64,000 bases of DNA from Epithemia pelagica (lineage: Eukaryota > Protista > Bacillariophyta): the NCBI GenBank assembly GCA_946965045.2, contig OX337236.1, positions 682,001-746,000 of the forward strand. The letters run 5' to 3'. Under the pieces are notes generated by a model that saw only the letters and a list, made by a program, of their open reading frames with translations, searched no databases and was not told where the DNA came from. This document shows, piece by piece, positions 43,640 to 53,757 of this stretch; positions within the stretch are counted from its first letter, which is position 1; each line of letters begins with the position of its first letter. Made by a program: the position numbers and the translations under genes.

Positions 43640-45094
43640 ATGGTTTCCTCCTCTGTTCGTTACTTCCTTTGGGTGACAGCATTACCGTTCTGCTGGTGTC
43701 GTTCGTCCATTTGGGTGGCATCATCCACGGCATATGCCGTGGATCGGAGTGCGGCGAGACGACGACGACGATCTGAACCAACAAGCAATTTGCATTCTCG
43801 AACACACCGACAGCAACACGACGCCGTGGCCTTTGCATTACTCAAACAGGAGCGACGTGGACACAACACTGCAAGGACACAACAACGTTCCCAACAACCA
43901 CCTTGTTCCTTCTTCTCGTTGCGGACAAGAGGATTTGGGACCTTTCGAAAACCACATTCTACAGGGACCCTCAGGACGTTGACCAGTCTTAACCACAGAG
44001 AGGACGAGATACCCCGATCATTCCAGGTCACGAACCGTACCACACCCTATACCATTACGGGTTGTCCACCGACAGAACCTCATTTATTGCAATCGGTCGT
44101 CCGCAAACACGTGCATACCTTGGATCGCTATTTGCAACACCGTCCCATTTCGGCGCATACATGCCAAGCCTTTGACGAATTCTGGGCCACCTATCAACAA
44201 CACCTTCAACCACCACAAAATCATACGACGACAACGTCCAGTACTACCGGTAGTCATCCATCCTCCAACTCTACTATTCGGTTGATTCTCGACAGTGGAT
44301 GTGGAACGGGACGATCGACACGAGTTTTGGCACGCCGAGAACGACGACAAGCCGACCACCATCCGAATGCGACACGAAATGGGCATACCATGGTGCTGGG
44401 TGTGGATCGATCCTTGGCACGGCTAAGTCGCAACCGTGAGGGAAGTGGATTTCCGAATGCCAGTGTTCATACTGACTCGCCGCCATTGATGCAACCATTC
44501 GACATGTCCACCAACAATCGTTCCTCCCAGTGCAATGACACCACCAACAACACATCGGCCTGGTTGATGCGAGCCGATTTGGTCGACTTGTGGAGGCTCT
44601 TGTACCAGCACAATATAGCGGTTCACGAACATTACCTTTTGTATCCCAATCCCTATCCCAAAAAGTCTCGATGGAATCTACGATGGTATGGACAGGCCTG
44701 TTTTCCACTCTTGTTTCTGCTTCAAAGTCAAGTCATTGTCCTTCGATCCAATTGGTACGACTATTTGGCCGAATTCCTGGCCGCCCTGCACGAACTCCAA
44801 ACCATACAAATCGAACCCACTGCCGTGGAACAGGTCGTGGTCAATGTATCCACGGCGACTACCGAAACGCCAGTTTCACCCGCAACAACAACAACAACAA
44901 CCAACCGGATTGTCCAAGAGGCTCGTGCCTACTACAGTGACGAGGGGATCCGTCTACGCGCACGGACCGTTCCACCCCATGCCGATTGTTGGACCAATTT
45001 TGAACAAAAGTACGATGTGGTGGGGGAACCAACCTATGAACTCATTTTGAAACGACGACGACGACAAGGAGATCCATCCTCGTCGTTGATATGA
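43640..45094 (+). CDS. TrmB-like (Methyltransf_4) SAM methyltransferase, probably plastid-targeted
   Basis: ILDSGCGTGRST, LGVDRS, LYPNPYPKK..RWY, LRSNW, TNFEQKY; hydrophobic N-terminus ending ...ASSTAY-A followed by an Arg/Ser/Thr-rich transit-like region. Confidence 0.75.
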   Translation: MVSSSVRYFLWVTALPFCWCRSSIWVASSTAYAVDRSAARRRRRSEPTSNLHSRTHRQQHDAVAFALLKQERRGHNTARTQQRSQQPPCSFFSLRTRGFGTFRKPHSTGTLRTLTSLNHREDEIPRSFQVTNRTTPYTITGCPPTEPHLLQSVVRKHVHTLDRYLQHRPISAHTCQAFDEFWATYQQHLQPPQNHTTTTSSTTGSHPSSNSTIRLILDSGCGTGRSTRVLARRERRQADHHPNATRNGHTMVLGVDRSLARLSRNREGSGFPNASVHTDSPPLMQPFDMSTNNRSSQCNDTTNNTSAWLMRADLVDLWRLLYQHNIAVHEHYLLYPNPYPKKSRWNLRWYGQACFPLLFLLQSQVIVLRSNWYDYLAEFLAALHELQTIQIEPTAVEQVVVNVSTATTETPVSPATTTTTTNRIVQEARAYYSDEGIRLRARTVPPHADCWTNFEQKYDVVGEPTYELILKRRRRQGDPSSSLI

Positions 45095-45291
45095 CGACTC
45101 TCGTGTCCGACAACAACCGTACCTCTCTCTTGGTGCGAGAGGGTCCTGATCCAGTTTCATCGGACCAGAACCAAGAAGGGGGAGAATCAAACTAGAACTC
45201 TTCGAAGAATTTTGCAGTTAACAATGATTCTAGCTAGCATGGGCATTCTATTCGAGTAGGTCTCATTATTCATCAACAATCACACTCTTTA

Positions 45292-46227
45292 TCATTCTTT
45301 TCGGGAGAAAATGTAAACTCCTTCGGCTCCCTCTGGTGTTTTCCATACAAAGTTTCGTTTCTCGGCGTGTTGGAGGACCAAATCAATGGGAACATTGCGT
45401 CGAGCATAGGCCAACCAAAATGCTCCTCCTCCGTGAGGCCCGCCCCGCAACAAACAATCGACCGTGTTCCACAAGGGTTCCAAAATCTCTTCGACATAAA
45501 TAATGTCCGAGCCCAAAATGAGGTCAAAGGTACCATGGCGTTCCTGGAAGCGATGCAAGTGTTGTCCCCAAATCAATTGATGACACTCCATGGTAGTAGT
45601 ATTGCTATTCTTTGTGGAACCACCATTCGCCTCGACATTGTCTCGCATGCGCGCCAGTGTATCCGTGTCTCCATCCGTCAACGTGACACACCTCGCTCCC
45701 AATCTGGACGCCACAATCCCACACATTCCCAATCCTGCACCCAACTGATGAGAACACACACACACACGCAGGAGTGTCAGTCTCACCAGGAGGTTCTCAG
45801 AGTGGCCGCAACCATGTAACATTCTCGCCAACACCCATACACTCACTTCCAATACACTTTGAGTGGACCGAAGGACCGCCTCTTGCTCAATCATGAAATC
45901 GCACAAAATGTTGGAGGCTCGCCACAATGTCAAGCCGGTACTGTGCAGAGTTTGGCCCAGTTCTGCCTTGTATCCATGCAGGGTAATTTGCACCCGTTGG
46001 TCAGTAGTGGTTCCAACCTTCCATTCAAAGGAAAATGTCTCCATGGGATCCGGATCGGCAAACAAATCGGTCGATATTTCCGGCTCGTCGTCATCATCAT
46101 CTTGTTGTGCACCAGGGGATGGTGAATTTTGTTTCACCCATTCCGATTCGATCCATGGCGTTTCCTGATCTTCTTCTTCTTCTTCTGTCACTTGTTTTTG
46201 CCTCGCATTTGACATGTTGCTTTCCAT
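45292..46227 (-). CDS. METTL21/Methyltransf_16-family protein-lysine methyltransferase; intron 45846-45745
   Basis: STGLTLWRAS, VLE|LGAGLG (102-nt GTGAGT...CAG intron), LTDGD, LIWG and FDLILGSDIIY. Confidence 0.9.
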   Translation of the reverse strand: MESNMSNARQKQVTEEEEEDQETPWIESEWVKQNSPSPGAQQDDDDDEPEISTDLFADPDPMETFSFEWKVGTTTDQRVQITLHGYKAELGQTLHSTGLTLWRASNILCDFMIEQEAVLRSTQSVLEVSVWVLARMLHGCGHSENLLVRLTLLRVCVCSHQLGAGLGMCGIVASRLGARCVTLTDGDTDTLARMRDNVEANGGSTKNSNTTTMECHQLIWGQHLHRFQERHGTFDLILGSDIIYVEEILEPLWNTVDCLLRGGPHGGGAFWLAYARRNVPIDLVLQHAEKRNFVWKTPEGAEGVYIFSRKE

Positions 46228-46276
46228 CGTCTCTCCTCTTTATTTGTCAAATCTCTTGTCGTCAGTCCAGGATTTA

Positions 46277-46549
46277 TTATTTGTCCTTTTCCAATTCCAA
46301 CTGGACATCCACTGGAATGTAGCGACTCGAGGAGTGTAAAGGGCCGTCCTCCTTCCAGGACGAGACGACACAGGGCAAACAAAAGCAGGGAAAGACCAAG
46401 CAGTTCGCTACGTGTGGACACGGAATGGCACAACAGGGAGTTTCACCCACACAACACGCTGCTTCCCCTCCACCACAACACGGCAAACAACCAAAGAGTT
46501 GTGGGAAACAACCACAAAGACCACCCAAACAACAACAATCCACCGGCAT
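46277..46549 (-). CDS. Small cysteine-rich protein (90 aa, 17 Cys in residues 5-60)
   Basis: ATG-initiated ORF MPVDCCCLGGLCGCFPQLFGCLPCC...; the Cys/Gly/Pro patterning is non-random and not caused by a simple repeat. No family recognised. Confidence 0.55.
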   Translation of the reverse strand: MPVDCCCLGGLCGCFPQLFGCLPCCGGGEAACCVGETPCCAIPCPHVANCLVFPCFCLPCVVSSWKEDGPLHSSSRYIPVDVQLELEKDK

Positions 46550-47507
46550 GAGACGAAATCAAAGAGCGAGAGAACGAGAGCGAATATTCAAGCTTTGAGC
46601 AAAAGTGCAATCCAACTGGAATCTGTAATCCGTTTCCAAGTCCTTCTGACAGCACAATTCCACGACCCGTTCAACGCTTGTGGGGGGCAAACACTAATTT
46701 TTCATGATCCTAAGACAATGCAATGATATATAGTCGTTGAGAATGGGTTTTGGATTCAGATCCAAATTGGAGAATGGATTTGGAGAACTTGGATCTATGT
46801 GGATGGAATCGCACACGCGTATGGTCGACCATGGTGCACGCGCGAGAAGCAAAGTGGGACTGCCCCAACGGATCGAGTGGTTCGTGCGTTGAGATTTTGT
46901 GGTCTCGCAGCTCACAGCTCACATAGACAACAAGCTATACGGTAGGTAGCCAGGTATAGTATTCATCCAACCTGGTTCAATCGCCAAGTTGCTCCATCAA
47001 CCTCCGCCTCTAGGTAGGTGCACGTACAGGTCCATTTGGAATGTCGCCACACTAACCGTCGACCCACTACTGCTGCAACAGCAAAATGACCATATACTTT
47101 CATGTTGAGATGAGGAGGGGAAGTCAATCCATTCAACACGGAACGGAAGGCCCCTCTGTGTGGGGCATGCCTCGTAAAGTTGCACTCCTCGTTTACGAGA
47201 TCAGCTACACGGCAACACAAGATTTGACCGCATTGACCGTAACAACCTATTCCGCCACAAACTGTCCAAATGTGTTGACGTTGAACAGTCCATCTATAGG
47301 TAGCAATCCAAGAGAGTATAAACGTTACTTTTACAATGCTGTTACAAAACCATTCACAACTCTCGGTGGACCACAAGCACTATGTACTCGAGAGCATGAT
47401 TCCGCCATTCTTTTGACCATGGTCGTATGGAATCCACAGGAAACCACTGTGTTTCAAATGCGGAACATTACCATGGCAAAACCGTTGCGGCCACACTCCC
47501 TAGATTC

Positions 47508-48911
47508 TCACAAAAAGTAGCGATGGTAGGGATCCAACGGTTCCGAGTTGGGTGTTGGACTCACCTTCCAACAATGTGAGGAGGAGGAGACACGCTGTAT
47601 GGGACGGAGGCTCCGAGTCTGTACTCGGTACAGCGGAGACGGGTGGACGGAAACACCCACCTGTTCCTCCTGCTCTTGAGAGTCCAACGAGGAGTCGTCA
47701 CAGTCTCGTGGTTGTAAACCATGATGTCCCTGCAAGACTAAAATCGTTTCATCGTGCTCCTGCGTCAACCAACAAGTAGTCATGGCAGATTCCATGCCTT
47801 GCGACGTGAGGGTCGAACTCGAATCCACCGAACTCAAATCGTCGTCGTCGTACTCCTCCTCCTCCTCATCCGACAGACTACGGCGGTCCTCTTCCTCGTC
47901 GTGGCTCCCACTCGTACTGGCACTGCAGCTGCAAGTGGACTGCGTGGTGGACGGACGAATCACGGAGGCATCTCTGGTACCTTGTCGTCGTGTGGGAGAG
48001 CTGGGTGAAGGAGTCTTTACCAAATCATCAGTACCGCCATGTGCAGGGGGATTGGACGCACAATAGTCTGGTACGGTCGTTCCTCCAGAAGCAGTCGTTC
48101 GACGACACTGCATAAACCGAGCGGTCGAATCCAGCAACCTCCAAATGGAATCTTGGTCCAAGGAAGATGCATCCATCAAGACGCTCACGTCCGCATCCTC
48201 CTCATGATTGTCGCTCGTTTGGCTAGTCGCCATGGGACGTCTCAAAATGGTGGGCCATAATGTGGCAGCAGCAACAGGTTTCTGGGGCGTTGCCAAAAGG
48301 GATGGTCGTTTGGCAATGCCCAGCATGTAGGGACCCTCGTCGTCGTCACTGTTGTCGTCATCTTGTTCGTCGCGGTCTCTGGTGGTTTCCTCATTGCAGG
48401 AATGCTCCTCGTCCTCTCGATTCGTTTCGAGATGGTGCCACAGTCCCGGAATTGAATGCTCGGCCGAACTCAAGCTGTCGACGCACGAGTCCTGGTCGTC
48501 CTCATCCTCCACGTCGTCACTGTTTTGCGTTTCTTCCAAGAGTTCCAAACAATGGTCCCTTTCACGTTCCTCCTTCTTGTGAGACCGCCGCTGGTAAAGG
48601 CACCGGGTAAACCAGGACACAAATCGTCCTTGTCGTCCTTGTCCTTGGTTCCGTCGCACCACAATTGTCTTGATGGGCGGCTCTATGGGAAACCGGTACG
48701 GTTCGTACGGGTCATTGTCGTCGGCATGTGTGGGTACTTGTTGTACAGACGGAGGCGATTCACACGGTTTGGACGGACCCTTGCGCAGTCCTCTTCCTGG
48801 TCGTCGTCCTCGTCGTCTTGGTGGGGTGTGGCCCGATTCGAGGGCGGCCTCCCTTGGGTGGTCGTCGTCCTTGGGCTCATACAAGAGTACGTGGCTGGTT
48901 GAAAGCTTCAT
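47508..48911 (-). CDS. Hypothetical low-complexity acidic/Ser-rich protein (about 467 aa)
   Basis: Long ORF with composition typical of host genes; start MKLSTSHVLLYEP at 48911 is inferred. Confidence 0.55.
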   Translation of the reverse strand: MKLSTSHVLLYEPKDDDHPREAALESGHTPPRRRGRRPGRGLRKGPSKPCESPPSVQQVPTHADDNDPYEPYRFPIEPPIKTIVVRRNQGQGRQGRFVSWFTRCLYQRRSHKKEERERDHCLELLEETQNSDDVEDEDDQDSCVDSLSSAEHSIPGLWHHLETNREDEEHSCNEETTRDRDEQDDDNSDDDEGPYMLGIAKRPSLLATPQKPVAAATLWPTILRRPMATSQTSDNHEEDADVSVLMDASSLDQDSIWRLLDSTARFMQCRRTTASGGTTVPDYCASNPPAHGGTDDLVKTPSPSSPTRRQGTRDASVIRPSTTQSTCSCSASTSGSHDEEEDRRSLSDEEEEEYDDDDLSSVDSSSTLTSQGMESAMTTCWLTQEHDETILVLQGHHGLQPRDCDDSSLDSQEQEEQVGVSVHPSPLYRVQTRSLRPIQRVSSSSHCWKVSPTPNSEPLDPYHRYFL

Positions 48912-51736
48912 TTTTGGAGAATGGACACTTGATTCAACCAAAAGTCTTTTGGGAAGTGACTCTGGTAAAGAAAAAGAGAAATGCCTTGTGTGACAAGCAA
49001 ACACGTTGACGACAAACACCTCAAGTCTGGTTCTGTCAAACGAGAGAGTGTGTGAAGAAGATGACTGCAACACGGTCCATTCTTGTCAATCTTGGAAAAA
49101 ACGATGGACCGAATGGCATGCCCGACCAACAGTGATCCAACAGTGATGGAAAACGTGCCTGTGGGTGGCAGTCGTGCTACTTGTTCCGTCTCGGCTGGTT
49201 GTTGGTCGGTAGTTGTGTCTTTGGACGAATCGAGTTCCATCCGATGCTGTCGTCGTCGTTTTCACGAGATGATTTGTTTCCACGACAAAACTTTATGGGG
49301 GGACAATGACGACACACAAGTTTTGTTCCATCCTCCTTCGTCCAATCAACGGTCCAATTCTGTCGGTTGTGGTTGGCACATCCGAATGGGGTTGTCCGTT
49401 GTCCCCCAGCGGATGCGACAGCGGGACTTGAGATGGTAATTGGGGAGTCATTGCTCGAGGTGTGCAGGCGCGCCGGTCATTCTGGGGTTTGGGGGATATC
49501 CCGAATTGTGAGAAGACGATGGTTCCATCTCTGTTGTCTGTTGCGCAGCAGCAGTGATCAGTTGCGACAAGACGACAAAGAACGGCCCGACGATGCGCCA
49601 CAGGACACACAGAAACATTGAGAATACACAACGAAAGCAAAAAGCCACAGCCTTTTGAACCAATGGCTTTCTGCGATGCCATATTCCTGCAGTCAACCAA
49701 TTCTGTACCCATCCTTTTATCTCTGGTATCGAGAATGGATCCAAACTCCCCACGATTGACGACTTTTGAGAAAGGTCCAAGAAGAAGGAATACAAGCGAC
49801 TGGGAAAATTGTACAAGGCCCTCTCCGACGAGAAATTCCAACTTTTTCCTCGTCGTCTTGGATAGTACTCCAGAATCGGTCAAGGATTGGATCATGACCA
49901 TGTCGCAAGAAAGGACGCATCCGATGGATCCGCAAGCGATCATGTTGGAGAGTGTGCATTTTGGAACAGTCACCAAGAAGTACGCCTATACTATTGCGCC
50001 ACGTTGAGTATCCAGACATCAAGGTTGACGAGACGCATGCATTGACTCTGTTGCCGTATCACCAAAGCCTGCTGGTTTTTGCCACTTTGAGCAGTCGCAA
50101 AGCCATTGGGTGCGCGCAAGTTTGGACAGATTCAATCCTACGAGGCCAAGCAATAACAGACGCCGCCCTTTGTTTGGCAGAGTCACTGCTGTCGTGCTAT
50201 GGCAATGAGTGTCGTGGCGTTTGGTGTGGCCACCGCGTCCTTGGTGTACTTGCGCCTCTGTATGCCTACCTCTTGGCATATTCCTACAACAACCCCATTA
50301 TCGTACGCTTGTTGTCGTCTATCAACGAAGTCGTCTATCAACGAGTACCCTGGTATGCAACTGGCAGTATAATAATAATGGCTATACTTTACGGCATGAA
50401 CTGCCAACCCTTGTGTGGTATTGGGAGACGCGATTCTTGGTGAATCTATGGAAATAAGAATCATGAAAGGCATAAGGAAAGCCTACTACAAAGGATAGGA
50501 CCTTGGAAAAGAATGCAACCAAGGACCTTGGCTCGTACAAGCCTTGAGTTGGAAATCAACGTCATCCGCTTTGCCAAGACTACAGAGTTGTGGGTGAGCC
50601 TAGTCCTGATCTATATACACTTGACCAATAAAATTGAGCACTGGGTCATGACGTTGGGATTGAAATCGTCCGCGCATGACAACATTCATGGACTTGCGCA
50701 TCTTCCAAACCAAAATCGGCTTCCATGGCAACAGACATTTCAACGCATGGACCTGACGAATAGGACCGTTGGCATCCATCGGTAGAAGTTGGCTTGTTGC
50801 AGCTGACAACGGTACGTGGTGCGAGTAATGGTAGGAGAGGACAAGAAGGACATTTCAAATGAGAATGTTTACGTATCAGGAATGAGCGGGCTGATTGCGA
50901 TAGCTATTTGCATTCTCCCTCTCGCCATTACTTGAGGTTGTAACATCCTCAGGAAACTGCTACATACGATATAGATCGTCCGGTGTCATCATCCCGCACA
51001 CTACCTACTCCTAGTTTCCTACTCCTACTCATGTCGTACTGTTAATAGGGATAAGGGACACTCCGGTAGACGGCAAACGATGTCCTTTTGTTTTCTTGTG
51101 GCGTTTACTATCCGCATCGTCTACCATGTTGAGATAAGCACCTCTACCTGCCAAGGACCACTCGACACTCGACCCAGAGTTGGAACTTCGCGATTGTTCG
51201 AACCAAAAAACACACGATCGACTTGACGACTCCGTGTCCAAACAAAAAATGAGACAACCACCCAGGCACACAAGTGGGATTCTCGTTTGAGTCTTTGAGT
51301 TGGACACAAATTGGCATTGTCGATTGTCGCTATACAAATGAGAAAAGTGACAAGTGGAAGCACATGTTCGTCCGTCTTTTTTTCGGTCGGCGGACCGATG
51401 GCGGAGCGGACGGCATGCATATGCTAAGTGTTTGAATCCATTCGAACGTGCTGTTTAGGAAACTGTCAACGGCAGGAGCCGCGCCTGTCCAAGTTTTTCG
51501 TTAAGTATTCTTCCAGTTTTCCGTTGGGGTCCCCAAAATCGGAACCAAATGAATGTTCTCGTCTCATTTTTTGTCGATGCCTTCAAGATTTTTTCCTCAC
51601 TCCCACAAAATCGCACCCAAAAAACCACTGATCAAGGATCAAGGTCATTCTCTATTGTGGACCTTATAATCCCCATATCCCTCCATAAATCACCTCTACC
51701 CATCCCGAATCCGTCACGTTAACGCCCTTGACCACC

Positions 51737-52558
51737 ATGAAGTTCCTCCTGGTACTCTGGAGTCTGTTCTCCTTGTTGCAACAGTCTGTTGCATGGTCGC
51801 CCTACGACGACTATTATCCTTCGGAAAAGAGCAAAAAGGGCAAAAAAGAAGCCGACGACTATTACTACGAGGACGATGTATACAGTTCCAAGGGCAAAAA
51901 AGAAAAGTACGACTACGACGACTATTATGACGATGAGAAATATAGCAAGAAGAAGGGAAAGAAGGACATGTACGACGACTATTACGATGATTATTATGAT
52001 GACTACTATCATCATGACGACGATTACTACGATGATTATTATGACGATGACAAGTACAGCAAGAAGGGAAAGAAGGAAAAGTACGATGACGACTACTATG
52101 GATCGGATCCGAAGAGCAAAAAGGGAAAGAAGGAAAAGTACGAGGACGATTACTACCCAGAGACTTGCTCGGTGACGGTGGAAAGCCAATGCATTGGGGA
52201 CTGCGCCAGAACTTACCACGGCGATCGCGCTCTGGGTCGCTACGGTCCTCGACATCCACAATTGATGGAAAGTGAAATGGTCCATGTCGCTCCTTATTAC
52301 AAAGGTGGACGCAAATACTTTTGTCTCGTGGCGGAACCAGGCAATTTCTGTCCCTTCAAGTATGCCACGGCCACGATATGGGTCGACTATGAGGCTATTG
52401 CCGTGGATGTCGACATGTCGGAAGAGGGCGATGGCTACCACTTCTCGGCCTACGAAGGTTCCACCATTACCGTGGTGGTGGCCATTCGGCCTGATCCTAC
52501 CATTCGGTGTATCCAACAAGGCTCCTACTGGTACTATTTGTCATCCGACTATTATTAA
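51737..52558 (+). CDS. Secreted Lys/Tyr/Asp-rich repeat protein (273 aa), cingulin/silaffin-like, with a C-terminal 6-Cys domain
   Basis: Signal peptide MKFLLVLWSLFSLLQQSVA; five SKKGKK(E/D)-type blocks alternating with YDDYY/DDDYY blocks (51794-52159); globular C-terminal region with 6 Cys. Confidence 0.85.
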   Translation: MKFLLVLWSLFSLLQQSVAWSPYDDYYPSEKSKKGKKEADDYYYEDDVYSSKGKKEKYDYDDYYDDEKYSKKKGKKDMYDDYYDDYYDDYYHHDDDYYDDYYDDDKYSKKGKKEKYDDDYYGSDPKSKKGKKEKYEDDYYPETCSVTVESQCIGDCARTYHGDRALGRYGPRHPQLMESEMVHVAPYYKGGRKYFCLVAEPGNFCPFKYATATIWVDYEAIAVDVDMSEEGDGYHFSAYEGSTITVVVAIRPDPTIRCIQQGSYWYYLSSDYY

Positions 52559-52721
52559 ACACTCACGCGAATCCACATCTAAACATTATCCAGAAAATAA
52601 ACTGTTTGTATAATGATATCTAAATGAATGCACGCCACCGATCTAATGAAAGTTGGTATAGACTGAACTTGGAACACAGCTGAGCCGTGTCTCGCTTGTT
52701 TGTACCCTTCGCAGTGCAAAA

Positions 52722-53384
52722 CTATTCGAGACGCAACAAGATATGTACTCCACTGGGTGTTTCCACAATTCCCGAAAGTTGATGCACATCTAATGCATAG
52801 GCCGCACGTTCAAATTCTGGAAACATCGTGTTGCGTTCTAATAAGCCTAAATCCCCCATCCGTTTCGCTGAACTATCATCCGATTCGTGGAGCGCCATGG
52901 TTTGGAATGTGGAAATCAAGGCGCTCGTGTCCGAGTTTGTTTCCCGCAGAGTTTGGAGCAAACGATTGGCTTCCGCAATGGCTTCCTCTCGTGTTTTCAC
53001 AATGGGCACTTGGTGATTGGTTCTCCAACTCATTGGTCGACGAGACTCACAGTGTTTCTTCAAAATGTGTAGAATGCGCACGCGTCCTCTCGAATGTTGT
53101 CGTGTTCTGGAGGTTGCCGTTGAACCAACTTTCCTTTGTCGTTTTCGAGGCCCATGGACGTCGTCCATTTGCTCGAGTTCCACTTCTTCATTATTGAGTG
53201 GCGCCGTCCACGACGACGTACCGGTCGTGACGTCAAAGTAATAAAACTGATTTGGCCTGGATCGTGATCTCTTTCGAACCCATCCCACAGGAAGCCGCTC
53301 ATTATGGGCATTTTCAATCTTGTGCCTGTTAATGTCCTGGGTCGAAATAAGATTCTCCTCAGAGAATCGCACTGTCTTGGCCAT
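52722..53384 (-). CDS. PIN1: Pin1/Ess1-type parvulin peptidyl-prolyl isomerase (WW + PPIase), 220 aa
   Basis: WW domain LPVGW...YYFDVTTGTSSWTAP; PPIase HILKKH..SRRPMSWR, ESDDSSAKRMGDLG, MFPEFERAAYAL..HQLSGIVETPSGVHIL. Confidence 0.95.
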   Translation of the reverse strand: MAKTVRFSEENLISTQDINRHKIENAHNERLPVGWVRKRSRSRPNQFYYFDVTTGTSSWTAPLNNEEVELEQMDDVHGPRKRQRKVGSTATSRTRQHSRGRVRILHILKKHCESRRPMSWRTNHQVPIVKTREEAIAEANRLLQTLRETNSDTSALISTFQTMALHESDDSSAKRMGDLGLLERNTMFPEFERAAYALDVHQLSGIVETPSGVHILLRLE

Positions 53385-53757
53385 GATAGTATGGTCGTAT
53401 AGATAGCTTCGGACTAAAAATGTTATGGTTGTCGCTGCAATAGCGCTATAAACTTGCGAGAGTCTACGTCTGTTATGGTCGATGGACTGAGACTGGTTGT
53501 TTGTGTGCGATAGGATTCAGGGACTGCAGTGACTTTGCTGAGGTGATCGTGTTACTCTTCTTTTTGTTGGGTCGAATAAAAATGTACGCACTGTGTGTTG
53601 GATGCGAGTTGCGAGTGTTGGGCTCGAATTTTTCGGAACATCATCGAACAATTTCCTCCATACACGTCTGGATTCCAGTCGCATATTGGTTGGTCATCCT
53701 TGGGTCGCTTTTGGTTCACGCGTGGCTTTTTTTCCGTGCGCAGTGGTCATTTACACA

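Noticed and set aside
46963-47520. 137- and 144-aa ORFs on opposite strands
   Set aside because: No domain similarity, and neither strand is clearly favoured.
49083-50860. Several 100-230-aa ORFs on both strands
   Set aside because: No consistent exon chain or motif; left unannotated pending RNA data.
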